From an uncultured Gemmatimonadales bacterium (lineage in GTDB: Bacteria; Gemmatimonadota; Gemmatimonadetes; Gemmatimonadales; GWC2-71-9): a stretch of 64,000 bases of DNA. Positions within the stretch are counted from its first letter, which is position 1. The number at the start of each line of letters is the position of its first letter. Positions 53,156 to 63,965 of the stretch are shown here, piece after piece. The notes beneath the pieces were generated by a model. That model had not been told where the DNA came from and searched no databases. It saw nothing but the letters and a program-made list of their open reading frames with translations. Position numbers and translations under genes: made by a program. The stretch covers positions 1,120,001-1,184,000 of the forward strand of contig CAVUAK010000001.1 of NCBI GenBank assembly GCA_963739455.1, read 5' to 3'.

Positions 53156-54100
53156 CTATGCGCTGTTGGCCTGGTCGATCAGCATCCGGGCCACGGCGAT
53201 GATCGTGAGTGGAGCACTTCCCTCCGCGCGGTTGTTCGCAATGACATAGGCCGGGAGCCGCAGGGCCAGCGCCGTGCGCACCAGGGACACGAGATCGGCG
53301 CGAAGCGCCGGTTGCTCGTCCCTGATCCGGTCATAGGGCGAGAAGGCCTCGACGGCATCGGCGTAGAGCCTTCCAGGTCGCAGCAATGCACGACAGATGA
53401 CGAACGGCCCGGTCACCGAGTCGGCCAGCGCGAGTTGCTCGCCGATCGACGGCATCCGCGTCCATGAATTGAAGACGTGCGCCACACCATGCTCGCGCAG
53501 CACCGCGAAGTACGCCGGGGTGAGGTACTCCGGATTCCGGATCTCCACCGCCCACGGCCCGCCCGCTGGCAGCTCCCCGAAGAACCGATCCAGTCGCTCG
53601 GCGAACTCGCTGGCCGACACACCGCCCCGTCCCTGCGACTGGATCGCCTGGAACTCGAAGACGAATGGGCCGGTGTGGCTGGCGAAGTGGGCCAGGTACG
53701 GTTCGTAGACCGACTCCAGGAAGAGCGCTGCATCGAGGAAGTGCGGGTTGACCTCACCCGCCCTCGTCTTGCTCTGCACCTTGGCCCAGGTGTGCACGGT
53801 GATTTCCTGCCACACCTTGCTGACGCAGGGAAAATCGGGCGGGAGACTGGCGGCGTAGCTGTCGAGGACGGCGTCGGTGGGCGGGCCGTAGAAGCTCGAG
53901 TCGATGCCCACGGTGCGAAAGAGCGGAAAGCGGCTGTACTCGGCGAGCATCGGCGCCGCCGTTCCCTTGCTGCCGTAGTCCTGCTGGTAGACGAGTCCCT
54001 TCCAGCCCGGGTAGGTCCAGGATGAGGTGCCGAAACGAATGAGCGGCGGGATGCCGGCGGCGAGGCGTTCGAGTTCCTCGCGCGTCACCGCCAGCGCCAC
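53156..54100 (-). CDS. DUF72 family protein
   Basis: RFGTSSW.YP.W, F.TV..DSSFY, K....IT, AVE.RN. Confidence 0.88.
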   Translation of the reverse strand: MALAVTREELERLAAGIPPLIRFGTSSWTYPGWKGLVYQQDYGSKGTAAPMLAEYSRFPLFRTVGIDSSFYGPPTDAVLDSYAASLPPDFPCVSKVWQEITVHTWAKVQSKTRAGEVNPHFLDAALFLESVYEPYLAHFASHTGPFVFEFQAIQSQGRGGVSASEFAERLDRFFGELPAGGPWAVEIRNPEYLTPAYFAVLREHGVAHVFNSWTRMPSIGEQLALADSVTGPFVICRALLRPGRLYADAVEAFSPYDRIRDEQPALRADLVSLVRTALALRLPAYVIANNRAEGSAPLTIIAVARMLIDQANSA

Positions 54101-54106
54101 CCAGGT

Positions 54107-55273
54107 TCAGTTCGCGACGATACGGTAGACGCCCCCCGCGGCGGTGAGCACGTAGAGTTCACCTGCGCCATCCTCCCCGAAGCTGGGCACGCCGCCGCCT
54201 GGGGCGAGGGCGCTCCAGCTTCCCTCGCTCGTGACCTGGCCGCCAGTGTACCGGAAGCTGCGGACCCATCCACCGCAGTAATCGGAATAGAAGTAGGTGC
54301 CGGCGAGGTCGGGAATGGCGCTGCCTCGGTAGACGTACCCGCCGGTGACTGAGCAGCCGTCACTGTGCGTGTAGTCGAGCACCGGAAGCGTGAGCCCAGT
54401 CCTGTCGCAGCTGCTCGCGTTGTAGCACTGGGTTCCTTCCATGATGTTCCAGCCATAGTTCACGCCCTTGCCGCCGCCGGACGCTGCAGTCGCGACGTCG
54501 ATCTCCTCGCGTTCGCCCTGACCCACGTCGCCGATGTAGAGGTCGCCGGTGGATCGGTCGAAGCTGAAGCGCCACGGATTGCGCAGGCCCCAGTTCCACA
54601 ACTCGCTCCTGGTGTCCGCCACCCCGACGAGGGGATTGCTGGCGGGCACCGCGTATCCGGTGGCACCGCTGACGTCGAGGCGCAGGATCGAGCCCAGCAA
54701 GTCGTTCCTGTTCTGCCCATGCCCGTCGGAGTCACCGGCACCGCCCCCGTCACCGATGCCCATGTAGAGATAGCCATCAGGACCGAAGGCGATGTGGCCC
54801 CCATTGTGATTGTCCTGCGGCTGGCCCACCGTGAGCCGGACAACACCACTGGACGCGTCCGCCACGTCGGCAGTGCCGGACACCTGGTAGGACGCGAGGA
54901 CATTGTCACCCGCCGTGTTGGTGTAGCTTACGAAGAAGCGCCCGTTCGCGCCGTACTGCGGGTCGAATGCGAAGCCGAGCAGGCCCTGTTCGCCACCGTT
55001 CGACACGAGCCGGGTGATGTCGAGGAAGGGTGTGGGCAGGACGGTGCCATTCTTCACGACCTTCACCACGCCGCCCTTCTCGACCACGAACAATCGAGTG
55101 TCGCCGGCGGGGGCCGTGGCAAGGATCGGAAAGTTGAAGTTGGTGGCCACGGGCTCCAGGGCGAGGTCGAGCGCACCCGGTGGCGGCGCCTGATTTTCAG
55201 AGGAGGAGCAGGCCGCCACCAGGAGAAGGCCGCTGGTCAGCACTACGCTGAGCGGGCAGGGACGTCGGCGCAT
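54107..55273 (-). CDS. PQQ-dependent sugar dehydrogenase (glucose/sorbosone family) lipoprotein
   Basis: Lipobox LVAAC, GEQGLLG.AF.P, NHNGG...FGPDG.LY..GDGG, GLRNPWR.SFD, DVGQ, NYGW, SFGED. Confidence 0.9.
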   Translation of the reverse strand: MRRRPCPLSVVLTSGLLLVAACSSSENQAPPPGALDLALEPVATNFNFPILATAPAGDTRLFVVEKGGVVKVVKNGTVLPTPFLDITRLVSNGGEQGLLGFAFDPQYGANGRFFVSYTNTAGDNVLASYQVSGTADVADASSGVVRLTVGQPQDNHNGGHIAFGPDGYLYMGIGDGGGAGDSDGHGQNRNDLLGSILRLDVSGATGYAVPASNPLVGVADTRSELWNWGLRNPWRFSFDRSTGDLYIGDVGQGEREEIDVATAASGGGKGVNYGWNIMEGTQCYNASSCDRTGLTLPVLDYTHSDGCSVTGGYVYRGSAIPDLAGTYFYSDYCGGWVRSFRYTGGQVTSEGSWSALAPGGGVPSFGEDGAGELYVLTAAGGVYRIVAN

Positions 55274-55371
55274 TGTGCATGACCTCGTTGAGGGAATTGC
55301 CGTATTCATGGCAGGGCTGCAATCCCTGTACCCCCGGGGACCCATCAACGTATCACGGTGAATTAGTGCAA

Positions 55372-56359
55372 ATGCGCGCAGCCTGGTACAACGGTGCAGG
55401 CGGCACCGAGGTCATCGAAATCCGCGAGGTGCCGCTGCCGACGCCGGGGCCGCACGAGATCCGCGTACGGGTGCACGCCGCGGGACTCAACCGGGCCGAC
55501 CTGCTGCAACGACAAGGGCACTATCCCGCGCCATCAGGGTGGCCGTCACAGATCCCCGGGCTCGAGTACGCCGGCACCGTCGAGCTCCTCGGTCCGGGCT
55601 CATCGCGCTGGCAGACCGGTGATCGCGTGATGGGCCTCGTTGGTGGCGGCGCGCAGGCGGACGCGCTGGTGGTGCGCGAGGATGAGGCGATGCCGATACC
55701 CCGCGCGCTGTCGTACGCGGAAGCGGCGGCGATTCCCGAGGCGTTCCTCACGGCATGGGATGCGCTGGTGCACCGGGCGCGGGTCTCCCGCGGCGATCGC
55801 GTGCTCATCCATGCGGTCGGCAGCGGCGTGGGCACCGCGGCCGTGCAGCTGGCGCGATTCCTCGGCGTCCGCACGGTGGGCACCTCGCGCACGGCAGCGA
55901 AACTGGATCGACTGATGGCGATGGGGCTGGACGAGGCAATCGACACGAGCCTGGGCACATTCGCCACCCAGCTCTCCGCTCCGGTGCATGCGCTGATCGA
56001 CTGCCTGGGCGGTCCCGTGCTCAAGGAGAACCTCGACCGCGCTGCTTCCGCGCGGCCGCCTCGTGCTGATCGGGCACCTGCTGGGCGGTCGCGGCGAGGT
56101 GGACCTCGGCCTGGTGCTGCGACAGCGGCTCGAGATCATCGGGACGGTGATGCGGTCGCGCGGCCAGGCCGAGCGAGCGATCCTGGTCCGGGAGTTCGTG
56201 CAGGAGGTCCTGCCCGCCTTCACCATCTCGCCGACCGGCGCCGGCGCCATGCTTCGACCGGTTGTCGACACGGTACTGCCGATGACGAAGCTTGCCGGCG
56301 CGCACGAGCTCATGCAGGGCAACGAGACGTTCGGGAAGGTGGTGTTGACGTGGACGTGA
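55372..56359 (+). CDS. NAD(P)H-quinone oxidoreductase (PIG3-type MDR); frameshift near 56040
   Basis: AAGLNRADLLQR.G.YP, PGLE..G, AAAIPE..TAW, HA.GSGVG, FGKVVL. Confidence 0.92.
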
Positions 56360-56384
56360 GGACGTGAAGACGTGAAGACGTGAG
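56353..56384. repeat. Tandem octamer repeat
   Basis: GACGTGAG-GACGTGAA-GACGTGAA-GACGTGAG between convergent genes. Confidence 0.85.
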
Positions 56385-56404
56385 GAGCGGGAGAGGACAA
56401 GCGT

Positions 56405-57400
56405 CTAGATCAGCAGGGCCATCTGCTCGTCGGTTTCCGCATCGGTTTCATTGATTGCATCGATGTCGCGGGTCATGCCACCTGTTGGAAAACCAAACTC
56501 TACCTGCAACTCCGTGAGGCGCCGGGTCAGCGCCTTCCGGTAGGCCGGCTCGGCGTTGCTCGAGTGGGAGAAGTGCTTCTCGTAGCGCTTCAGGTGTTCC
56601 GGAAACTCGGCCGCGATCTGGGCGAGGAACTTCTTCCTGGCGGTGGGCCCGAGGCGCAGCACGCCGCCGTTGACGCGCCGCGCGTTCGCCTCGCGCGCCG
56701 CGGCGAAGAGCCTTCCCAATCCTTCACGAGAATCGGTCAGCAGCGGGACGATCGGGGCCATGAGCACGCCGGCATCGATACCGGCGGCCGTGAGCTGTGC
56801 CAGCGCGCGAAGCCTGGCGTGCGGCATCGGTGTGCGAGGCTCGAGCCGCCGAAGCAGCGCGCCGTCGCAGGTGGCGAGCGAGATGTGGACCTTGAGCCGG
56901 TGCTTCGCCGAGATCTCGCGCAGCAGCGGGATGTCGCGGGTGATGAGCGGCGACTTGGTGATGATGCCGAGATGGAGCCGGTTGAAGGGCAGCAGCGCTT
57001 CGAGCACGCTGCGGGTGATGGCGAAGCGTCGCTCCGCCGGCTGGTATGGATCGGTAGCGGTGCCGATGACGATGGCCGCGTCGCCGACCCGCGCCGGTTC
57101 GAGCGTGCGCGTGAGCATCGCCGCAAGGTTGCGCTTGACCAGGATATGGCGCTCGAAGGCGTCGACGGCCGGCTTCGACAGCAGCGCAGCATCGTGCTCG
57201 GCGACCAGGCCGCCGCTCGCCGCGTGGCGCTCGACGGTGTAGCGATGCGTGTCACGCGCGTAGCAGTAGCTGCACCCGAACTCACACCCGATGTACGGAT
57301 TGATGGACCAGAATCCCATGTGCGTTGCCGCCGCGCTGTTGAGCGCGGAGCGCACGGACAGCTCACGGAACTCGGTGCCGCGCTCGCGGGTATCGAGCAC
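56405..57400 (-). CDS. Radical SAM protein (Rv2578c/spore-photoproduct-lyase-like); true start probably further upstream
   Basis: SINPY.GCEFGCSYCYAR, GTATDPYQPAE, ITKS.LI.RD, LEP.TP...R. Confidence 0.9.
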   Translation of the reverse strand: MLDTRERGTEFRELSVRSALNSAAATHMGFWSINPYIGCEFGCSYCYARDTHRYTVERHAASGGLVAEHDAALLSKPAVDAFERHILVKRNLAAMLTRTLEPARVGDAAIVIGTATDPYQPAERRFAITRSVLEALLPFNRLHLGIITKSPLITRDIPLLREISAKHRLKVHISLATCDGALLRRLEPRTPMPHARLRALAQLTAAGIDAGVLMAPIVPLLTDSREGLGRLFAAAREANARRVNGGVLRLGPTARKKFLAQIAAEFPEHLKRYEKHFSHSSNAEPAYRKALTRRLTELQVEFGFPTGGMTRDIDAINETDAETDEQMALLI

Positions 57401-57673
57401 CGGCAGGCCTCTCGGGCTGGCGCTCCCTGCGAGGTGACCGAGCTCGATTTGCCGTTGCAGTCCGGGGTCGGACTGACGGCCGCGAGGCTAGCCGCATCGG
57501 CCCCACCCACACTGACGACAGCTGACGCACCCTGACGCGCGGGCCAGGGGGCCAGCGCACTCGGGACAAACGCGTATCTCGCTGCTGCTTAAGTTCTTAG
57601 GTACTGAAATCTTGGTGGCGTGATTGGCAGGGAAAGGCATGGCTCGCTCCGGGTTCGAATCTTCGTACCCGAA

Positions 57674-57702
57674 GAAATACCGAACTACATTTTGTTCGTC
57701 AA
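57674..57702 (-). promoter_or_regulatory. Candidate promoter with a palindromic operator upstream of the radical SAM gene
   Basis: TTGACG-N17-TATTTC overlapping CGAAC-N8-GTTCG. Confidence 0.45.
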
Positions 57703-58253
57703 GTCGCCGTTACTGCCGCGGATTCCGAGCGCTGCTCAGCGAGGTCCTTCAGCCGGTTCACGCGGCCCACGATATCCACCAGCACACTCCCGGTCCATCC
57801 AAATGTGAAGAGCCCGGAGATCGCCATGATCGGGGCCAGCATCTTCCAGGGCGGTGAAAGAATGACCGAGCCGTAACCGAGCGTCGTGTAGGTGTTGGCC
57901 GCGAAAAACCCCGCCTCACGCCAGTCAGTGACGAGATGCGAGCGGACCAGCACCGTGGTCCAGATCCCGGTCTCCACCAGATGGGCCAGAAGCATGGCGA
58001 GGATGATGCTCGCCAGGAGCAGGTCGGCCCGCCACTGGGTGGGCTTGAGCGCCAGCACCTTCGAGCGGCGAATTACATGTGTGGTGATCATGCGCATGGC
58101 GGCACCGTGCACGAGCGCGATGCCAACGAGCATGGTGCCGCCCAGAATGAGGTCACCGGCCGGCAGGGCCTGGAGGACGGGGAGCACACGGGTGACGTCA
58201 TCAACGCCCCTGGCAGCGTCGGTGGCGATCTGACTGGATTGGAAGCCGAGCAT
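57699..58253 (-). CDS. Small ion-channel-like membrane protein (Ion_trans_2)
   Basis: YTTLGYG filter motif flanked by transmembrane helices. Confidence 0.75.
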   Translation of the reverse strand: MLGFQSSQIATDAARGVDDVTRVLPVLQALPAGDLILGGTMLVGIALVHGAAMRMITTHVIRRSKVLALKPTQWRADLLLASIILAMLLAHLVETGIWTTVLVRSHLVTDWREAGFFAANTYTTLGYGSVILSPPWKMLAPIMAISGLFTFGWTGSVLVDIVGRVNRLKDLAEQRSESAAVTAT

Positions 58254-58262
58254 GAGGTGCAC

Positions 58263-58686
58263 CTAGTGCTCCCGGGTTGAGGGTCGTGCGCGGCGTCGCT
58301 CCTCCGGCGCCGCGAAATCATCGGGCTCCACCGGATGGATGAGCAGGTCGAAGGCGAGAAAGATGGTATGCGACATCTGGTAGAACCCGACCGATGTGCC
58401 CGACCAGAACCACGACGGTGCTCACCTGCAGGAAGCGCCAGGGAACGTCTGGCCAGCTCCACATCATGACGCCAAGCAACCACGCGCAGGCCACGACTTC
58501 GATGGCGACTAGCCCCACGAAGTAGGCGCCGAGCCAGTAGCCGCGTTCACCGCGCTCGAGGGTGAGGCCGCAGCTGGGACAGGCGGGGAGCAGGCGGGCA
58601 AAGCCCACGAAGAGCGGCCTGCCCCCGCAATGTGGACAACGAAGCCTGACAGCCCGCCAGAAGAGTATCCGTGCGCGGGGCTTCAC
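58263..58686 (-). CDS. DUF983-like zinc-ribbon membrane protein; frameshift near 58400
   Basis: RCPHCG..LF, CPSCG...ER..GY..GA, AFDL...P. Confidence 0.75.
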
Positions 58687-59470
58687 TCGAGCGATTCCAT
58701 CCAGCTCGAGAGATCGGCCAGCCGCTCCTCATACCCCAGGTCCGCGATAGAGCGCGTGCCACGCATCGTACTCGAGCAGCCGAACGCGCGCCGCTGCCGG
58801 ACCGCTGGCGAAGCGGCGGCTGCCGTCGATGGAGACCATGCGATCGCCCGACACCATGCTGGATCAGCGCCGGTCCTGCAAGCGTCGCCGCGCGCGCGTG
58901 CACCGATGCAATGGTGGCGAAGACCTCGGTGGCGAGGCGCGCTGACGCACTTCGGTGAAAGAGCGGGTCATCGAGCACTGCGCGAATGACTGCCGGGTCC
59001 CGCGCCAGACCGGAGAGATCGAGGCCGGTCTCGAGCGTAAAGGTGGGCCAGGTGCGCGACAGCAGCCGCGCGAGCCAGAGCAGCGGCGCCGGCGTGCCGA
59101 TCGATCCGAGCACCGGTGCCGCCGCTGCAACGCCGCGAATCGTCGAGGGGTGCTCGAGGGCGTAGTCGAGCACCATGAGCCCGCCCAGGCTGTGGCCCAG
59201 GAGGACGGGCGCCGTGCCTTCGCGCTCCCGCACGAACTCCACGAAGTGATGGAGATCGTCGCGGTACTCCCTCCATCCATCGATGTGTCCGCGGCGTCCT
59301 GGCGACCGGCCGTTGCCCCGGGTGTCGAGCGCATAGACCGCCACGCCCCGCGGCGGGAACCACTCCGCGATGCTGGGATACATGGCGCTGTGGTCGCCGA
59401 GCCCGTGCACATTGATCAGTACGGCGCGGGGATGGTCCGGTCGCCAGTGCTGCCAGAACAGTTCCTTCAC
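58683..59470 (-). CDS. Alpha/beta hydrolase (lysophospholipase/monoglyceride lipase-like); C-terminal frameshifts
   Basis: HGLGDH, D.RG.GRS.G.RG, GHSLGG, RDP, DPL. Confidence 0.88.
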
Positions 59471-59980
59471 CGCTGCACCAGCATCACCCGGTCCTCGGCG
59501 AGCCACCCATCCGGATCGGCGGCGAGGTCGGCGATGCGTCGGGGCGTGACGGCCGTTGCCGGAAGCAGTGGCGGTTCATCGTGCGCGCTGAAGCCCAGGA
59601 GCCAGGCACTGTCGCCGGCGTTGCGGGCATGCTCCCTGACGAGGCGCACGAGCGCGTCGGGCTCGGCAGCGCGTCAGTACCGCCGCGCTCCGGCGATGGC
59701 GCTCGAGTGCTCGTATCACCTGCGCGCGTGGCACTCGACGCTCGCGGTAGCGCTCACGCAGGTGGGCCTCGTCGGTGTGGGCGGCGCGGAAGCGGGGTCG
59801 CAGCAGGCCGCAGGCACAGTGCCCCGCGCGGAGAATGACGGCAGTCTGGGCTCCGGGGAGCAGCGCGCGATAGGGCGCCTGCATGGCGGGACCCATGGCG
59901 TCGGCGTGGGTGCCCACGGGGAGCATGGAGCGGACTTCGCTGAGGGTCAGGGTACTGACGAGCACCAGCTGGTAGCACAT
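59467..59980 (-). CDS. Hypothetical protein; frameshift near 59670
   Basis: Coupled to neighbours (stop overlaps the hydrolase GTG); N-terminal MC and a CACG motif. Confidence 0.45.
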
Positions 59981-59989
59981 CGGCGTGTT

Positions 59990-60378
59990 TCAGCTTCGGC
60001 GAGGGGAATCCTGGCGTTCGCTCCGTCCCTTGAGGATGAGCTTGGCGGCCTCTGCAGCGGGGCCGCCGCGCCTGACGATGGAGGCGAGTGTCTCGTCATC
60101 CTTGCTGCCGAGCTCCGCGGCAAGGAGGACGATCATGCTGCGTCGGGAGGAGATTTCCTGGTCGGTGAGGGCGCGGTTGTGGGCCCGCAACCCGAAGAAG
60201 AACGCCACGACGGTGGCGGCCACACCGAGGCTCAGTCCGAGGAGGCCGGCAAGGCGGGGAACGTGGCCTCGCACACCGGCGATGCCCACGGCGTACCCGG
60301 CAACGGCGACGCCCGCCAGCGACCCACATGGCACTGCGGTATTCCCGTGCGGCATCACTCAGCGCGTGGCGTCGCATG
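59990..60378 (-). CDS. Small hypothetical membrane protein
   Basis: Two hydrophobic segments; N-terminus probably frameshifted. Confidence 0.45.
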
Positions 60379-60396
60379 AAAGGGAGCCCCCCGGCA

Positions 60397-60762
60397 TCAG
60401 ATCGGGGGATCCTCCCGCACGATGACCAGCAGCGCCGCCTGCGGAACCACCAGGTACTTCTTTTCCTCGAACGTGATCTCCACCGCTGCCTTGCGGAAGA
60501 AAATGGCGTGATCCCCGACTCGCGCCTGCATGGTGGACTTCCGCCGCTCGCTGCGCGTCTTCCACGGCTCGTCGTCCGGGGCGATGAGGTCGGCCACCGC
60601 ATCGCCGGGTCCCGTGGCCACGATGAGGCCGCTCTGCACCTGCTGTGCATCGAGGGCGGAGGCGGGGAGGTAGAGTCCCACGCGGGTGCGCTCGTCGCCC
60701 TCCTCGGGCGTGATGAGCACCCGGTCGCCGACGAGGATGAGCTGCTTGCGGGGGAAGTCCAT
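60397..60762 (-). CDS. groES: GroES-family co-chaperonin (no groEL adjacent)
   Basis: VGDRVLI, T..GLYLP, G..VA.GPG, VGD..IF, YLVV....L. Confidence 0.85.
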   Translation of the reverse strand: MDFPRKQLILVGDRVLITPEEGDERTRVGLYLPASALDAQQVQSGLIVATGPGDAVADLIAPDDEPWKTRSERRKSTMQARVGDHAIFFRKAAVEITFEEKKYLVVPQAALLVIVREDPPI

Positions 60763-60763
60763 G

Positions 60764-61243
60764 TCAGGCCTTCGCACCTGCGTCGTGAACGGTGATGAGC
60801 TCGAGTACCACGAGCCGACGCGTGATGGTCGGCAGGCGGAGTTGCACCTCGTCACCCACCTTCCGGTCGGCCAGCGCGCGCCCGAGCGGAGAGGCGAGTG
60901 AGATGTGCCCGGCATCGATGTCCATCAGCTCGGCGAGCACCACCATGAACTCCTCGACCTCGTTGGTGCCGAGGTCGCGCACCTTCACCTTGGATCCGAG
61001 GCCGACGCGATCGGTTGGCGCCTCGTGGTTGGCGAGCTGGGTAACCTGCTGCATCCGCGTGTGCAGCTGTCCGAGCCGGGCCTGAACGAACTGCTGGCGC
61101 TCGAGCGCGGCCTTGTACTCCGAGTTCTCGCGGAGGTCGCCCATCTCGACGGCGGTCGCGATGGCCTGCGGCAGGGTCACGTTCAATTCGTAGCTGAGCT
61201 GGTCGATCTCCCGGCTCAGCTTCTCCTTCATTTCTTGTAGCAT
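60764..61243 (-). CDS. greA: GreA/GreB transcription elongation factor
   Basis: GDLRENSEY.AA, V.LGS.V, IS..SPLGRAL...VGD. Confidence 0.92.
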   Translation of the reverse strand: MLQEMKEKLSREIDQLSYELNVTLPQAIATAVEMGDLRENSEYKAALERQQFVQARLGQLHTRMQQVTQLANHEAPTDRVGLGSKVKVRDLGTNEVEEFMVVLAELMDIDAGHISLASPLGRALADRKVGDEVQLRLPTITRRLVVLELITVHDAGAKA

Positions 61244-61316
61244 CGGCTGGTCCGGCTCACCGTGATGAGAATCGACCAGGGCACGGCGAGGTGCCGGCCC
61301 CGGGCATGAACTGCAC

Positions 61317-61345
61317 GGTCCGGGGTGAATGCCTCACCCCGGACC
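61317..61345. other. Perfect hairpin upstream of greA
   Basis: GGTCCGGGGTGA-ATGCC-TCACCCCGGACC. Confidence 0.6.
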
Positions 61346-61474
61346 CGTCGGCTAGCTTGAAGTTACTCGAAAGATACACCAATGGCTGGGGACCGCGAGA
61401 TCATGGACAGGGAAGCCAGACGGGGAGCAATCACTTTGCGTAAATCATTGTGCACTAATGGCTTAGACGTCCTT

Positions 61475-62143
61475 GTGCCGCGCCTGCCACTGCTGGGCTG
61501 GCTCCTGATGGTGGCAGCATGCAGCCCCACCCAGCCGCCCGCCCAGATCAACGCCCCGCCGGTGCCGATCGCCAGCGCTGCTGCCGCGGAGTCGCTCCTG
61601 GTGGATGTCCGCACGCTGGATTCGACAATCACCGTGAGCCTGCGGTATCTCACGCCGGACAACTTCACCGGCGCACCACTGCCAGGGTACGAGGCGAACC
61701 GGGCCTTCCTGCGCCGCGAGGCGGCGACTGCGCTGGCCAGGGTGCAGCAGCAGCTTCGCACCGAGGGGCTCGGCCTGCTTATCTGGGATGCGTACCGCCC
61801 GGTGAGTGGAACCGAGGGCATGGTCGCGTGGGCAGAACGGACGGGGAACATGAAATACTTCGAGCAGGGGTATATCGCCCGACGGAGCCGGCACAACATG
61901 GGGGTGGCCGTCGACCTTACGCTCGTGCGCCTCGACACGGGAAAGCCGCTCGACATGGGAACACCGTTCGACACCTTTTCGGATGCCGCGCACACAGCCA
62001 ATGCGACCGGAGCCGCCGCCGTAAACCGCCAGCACCTCGTGACTGCCATGGAAGGACAGGGATTCCTGAACTACGACCAGGAGTGGTGGCACTTCTCCTA
62101 CGACGTGCTCGTATCCCGTGCCGTTTGACGTGCCGGTGAAGTG
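61475..62143 (+). CDS. ddpX: D-Ala-D-Ala dipeptidase (M15D, VanX/DdpX) lipoprotein; probable C-terminal frameshift
   Basis: LRY.T.DNFTG, DAYRP, SRHN.G.AVDLT, DMGT.FD, EWWHF. Confidence 0.88.
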
Positions 62144-62156
62144 AAGTGTCTCCCGG

Positions 62157-62636
62157 CTACCGCTTTTTCCAGGCCTCCAGGTTCCTCAGGATCTGTCGTT
62201 CGTGCTGGTGCAGGTGCTCAGCGTAGATCTCCATCCACTGTTCCACTCCGTAGGACCCGGACTCGGTATGGGTGCCGCGCCGGGCCCATTGCTCCGGTGT
62301 GAGCCGGCGCAGTAGCGGGACGGTATTGGCGCGCACAGCTCGCGTTGCGACCAGGGCCGGCATGATGGGATGCGCGTCGTAGTCCAACTGGTCCACCCAG
62401 CGGTCCTGATCATAGCCGACGATGGTCGGCGAGTCCTCGCCCAGCAGGTAGCGCAGCCGCATGTGCGAGTTGGTCTCGCTGTCCCCGCAGTGAACGATGA
62501 CCTGGTGGACCGACCACTTACCGGGCCCGGGGACCCATTTGCGCGCCTCTTCCGGCACCAGGTTGAGCGCGGCCTCGAGGCGGTCGGGTCCTTCAGCGTA
62601 CCGGGCGATCAGTCGTTCCTGCTCAGCAGTGGGCAT
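62157..62636 (-). CDS. DinB-family protein
   Basis: PGKWS...V.H..DSE, R.R..L.E..P.I.GYDQD.W, H...H. Confidence 0.88.
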   Translation of the reverse strand: MPTAEQERLIARYAEGPDRLEAALNLVPEEARKWVPGPGKWSVHQVIVHCGDSETNSHMRLRYLLGEDSPTIVGYDQDRWVDQLDYDAHPIMPALVATRAVRANTVPLLRRLTPEQWARRGTHTESGSYGVEQWMEIYAEHLHQHERQILRNLEAWKKR

Positions 62637-62852
62637 CGGGTGACCCCCCTTCGGATTCAATGATAGGCGCCGCCTATCGGTCAATCGGCCAAGTTGTTGT
62701 GTGACCGTGTCTTCGGTGCTTTACAGTGTCGCCTGGATCGGCATTCCGACAACCATATTCATGATTGACTGGGCCAGTGCTGACGGCTAACATCTAGCCT
62801 CTTGTCGCTTTGGACTTGCGGCATGCTCCTCCCCGCACCGGGAAGACCCAGG

Positions 62853-63936
62853 ATGGATCACCGATTCAAACGCTGGCGCACGTTTGCCGGGGCCTTGCTC
62901 CTGCTGACGCTTCTCGTGGTCGTAGTTGGCAGCGCGCAATCCGATCCATTCCCCCAGAGCACACTCCGTCCCAAGGGCGATTTCGCCCAGATGGTGGACA
63001 AGCTCTTCCGCACCACGCTCTTCTGGGCCACCATCGTGTTCGTGCTGGTGGAGGGAGCGCTGATCTTCGTCATCTTCAAGTTCCGCGGCAAGCCGGACGA
63101 TCCGGAGCCGAAGCAGGTGCACGGCAACACGATGGTCGAGGTCATCTGGACTGCCATCCCGGCGCTGGTGCTGGCGATGATCGCGGTGCCCACCGTCCGG
63201 ACGATCTTCCGCACCTACGAGATTCCGAAGGGCGACGGCGTCCTGCAGGTCGAGGTCATCGGCCACCAGTGGTGGTGGGAGTTCCGCTATCCCGAGCTTG
63301 GCCTGACCACGGCGAACGAGCTTCACGTGCCTGTCGGCCGCACGGTTGCCCTCAAGATGGTAACGCAGGACGTCCTGCACAGCTTCTGGATCCCGGCCCT
63401 CGCTGCCAAGCGCGACGTCTTCGCCAACCGCAGCACGACGCTGTGGTTCAAGGCGGAGCAGGCCGGGTGACTACCCGGGCCAGTGCGCCGAGTTCTGCGG
63501 CCTCGAGCATGCCCGGATGGCGTTCCAGGTCATCGCGGAAGGCGAGCCGGAGTTCGGCGCCTATGTCGAGCGGATGAAGGCCACCGGCGTTCATGCTGCC
63601 CCGGCTGCACCAGGCGACAGCACGGCCCCGGCCGCGGTCGCCGCGGCGGCACCGGCCGGCGCTTCGGACACGACTGCCGGCGCGCAGCTGTTCATGATGA
63701 AGGGCTGTGTCGGTTGTCATTCGCTCGACGCCACCAAGCCAATGGGCATCGGCCCGAACCTCGCCGGTATCGGCCGGCGGCGGTTCATTGCGGCCGGCTG
63801 GCTGGAAGACACCGATGCGAACCTGGCGAAGTGGATCCAGCACCCGCAGGTGATGAAGCCCGGCGTGATCATGCCCGACCTGGGCGTCACGGACGCCGAG
63901 GCGCAGGCGCTGGTCGCGTACCTCCGGCAGCACTAG
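62853..63936 (+). CDS. coxB: Cytochrome c oxidase subunit II with fused cytochrome c (caa3 type); frameshift near 63465
   Basis: HGN...E..WT..P, GHQWWW.F.Y, DVLHSFW.P, CAEFCGLEHARM CuA site, C-terminal CVGCH. Confidence 0.93.
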
Positions 63937-63965
63937 CCGCCAGAAACCACGAAAAGGCATCATCA

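Noticed and set aside
61475..62143. vanX as a vancomycin-resistance locus
   Set aside because: No vanH/vanA/vanRS nearby; lone lipoprotein dipeptidases are common housekeeping genes.
62853..63936. caa3 oxidase as part of the methanol island
   Set aside because: About 18 kb of unrelated genes separate it from fae; a functional link is plausible but unsupported by linkage.
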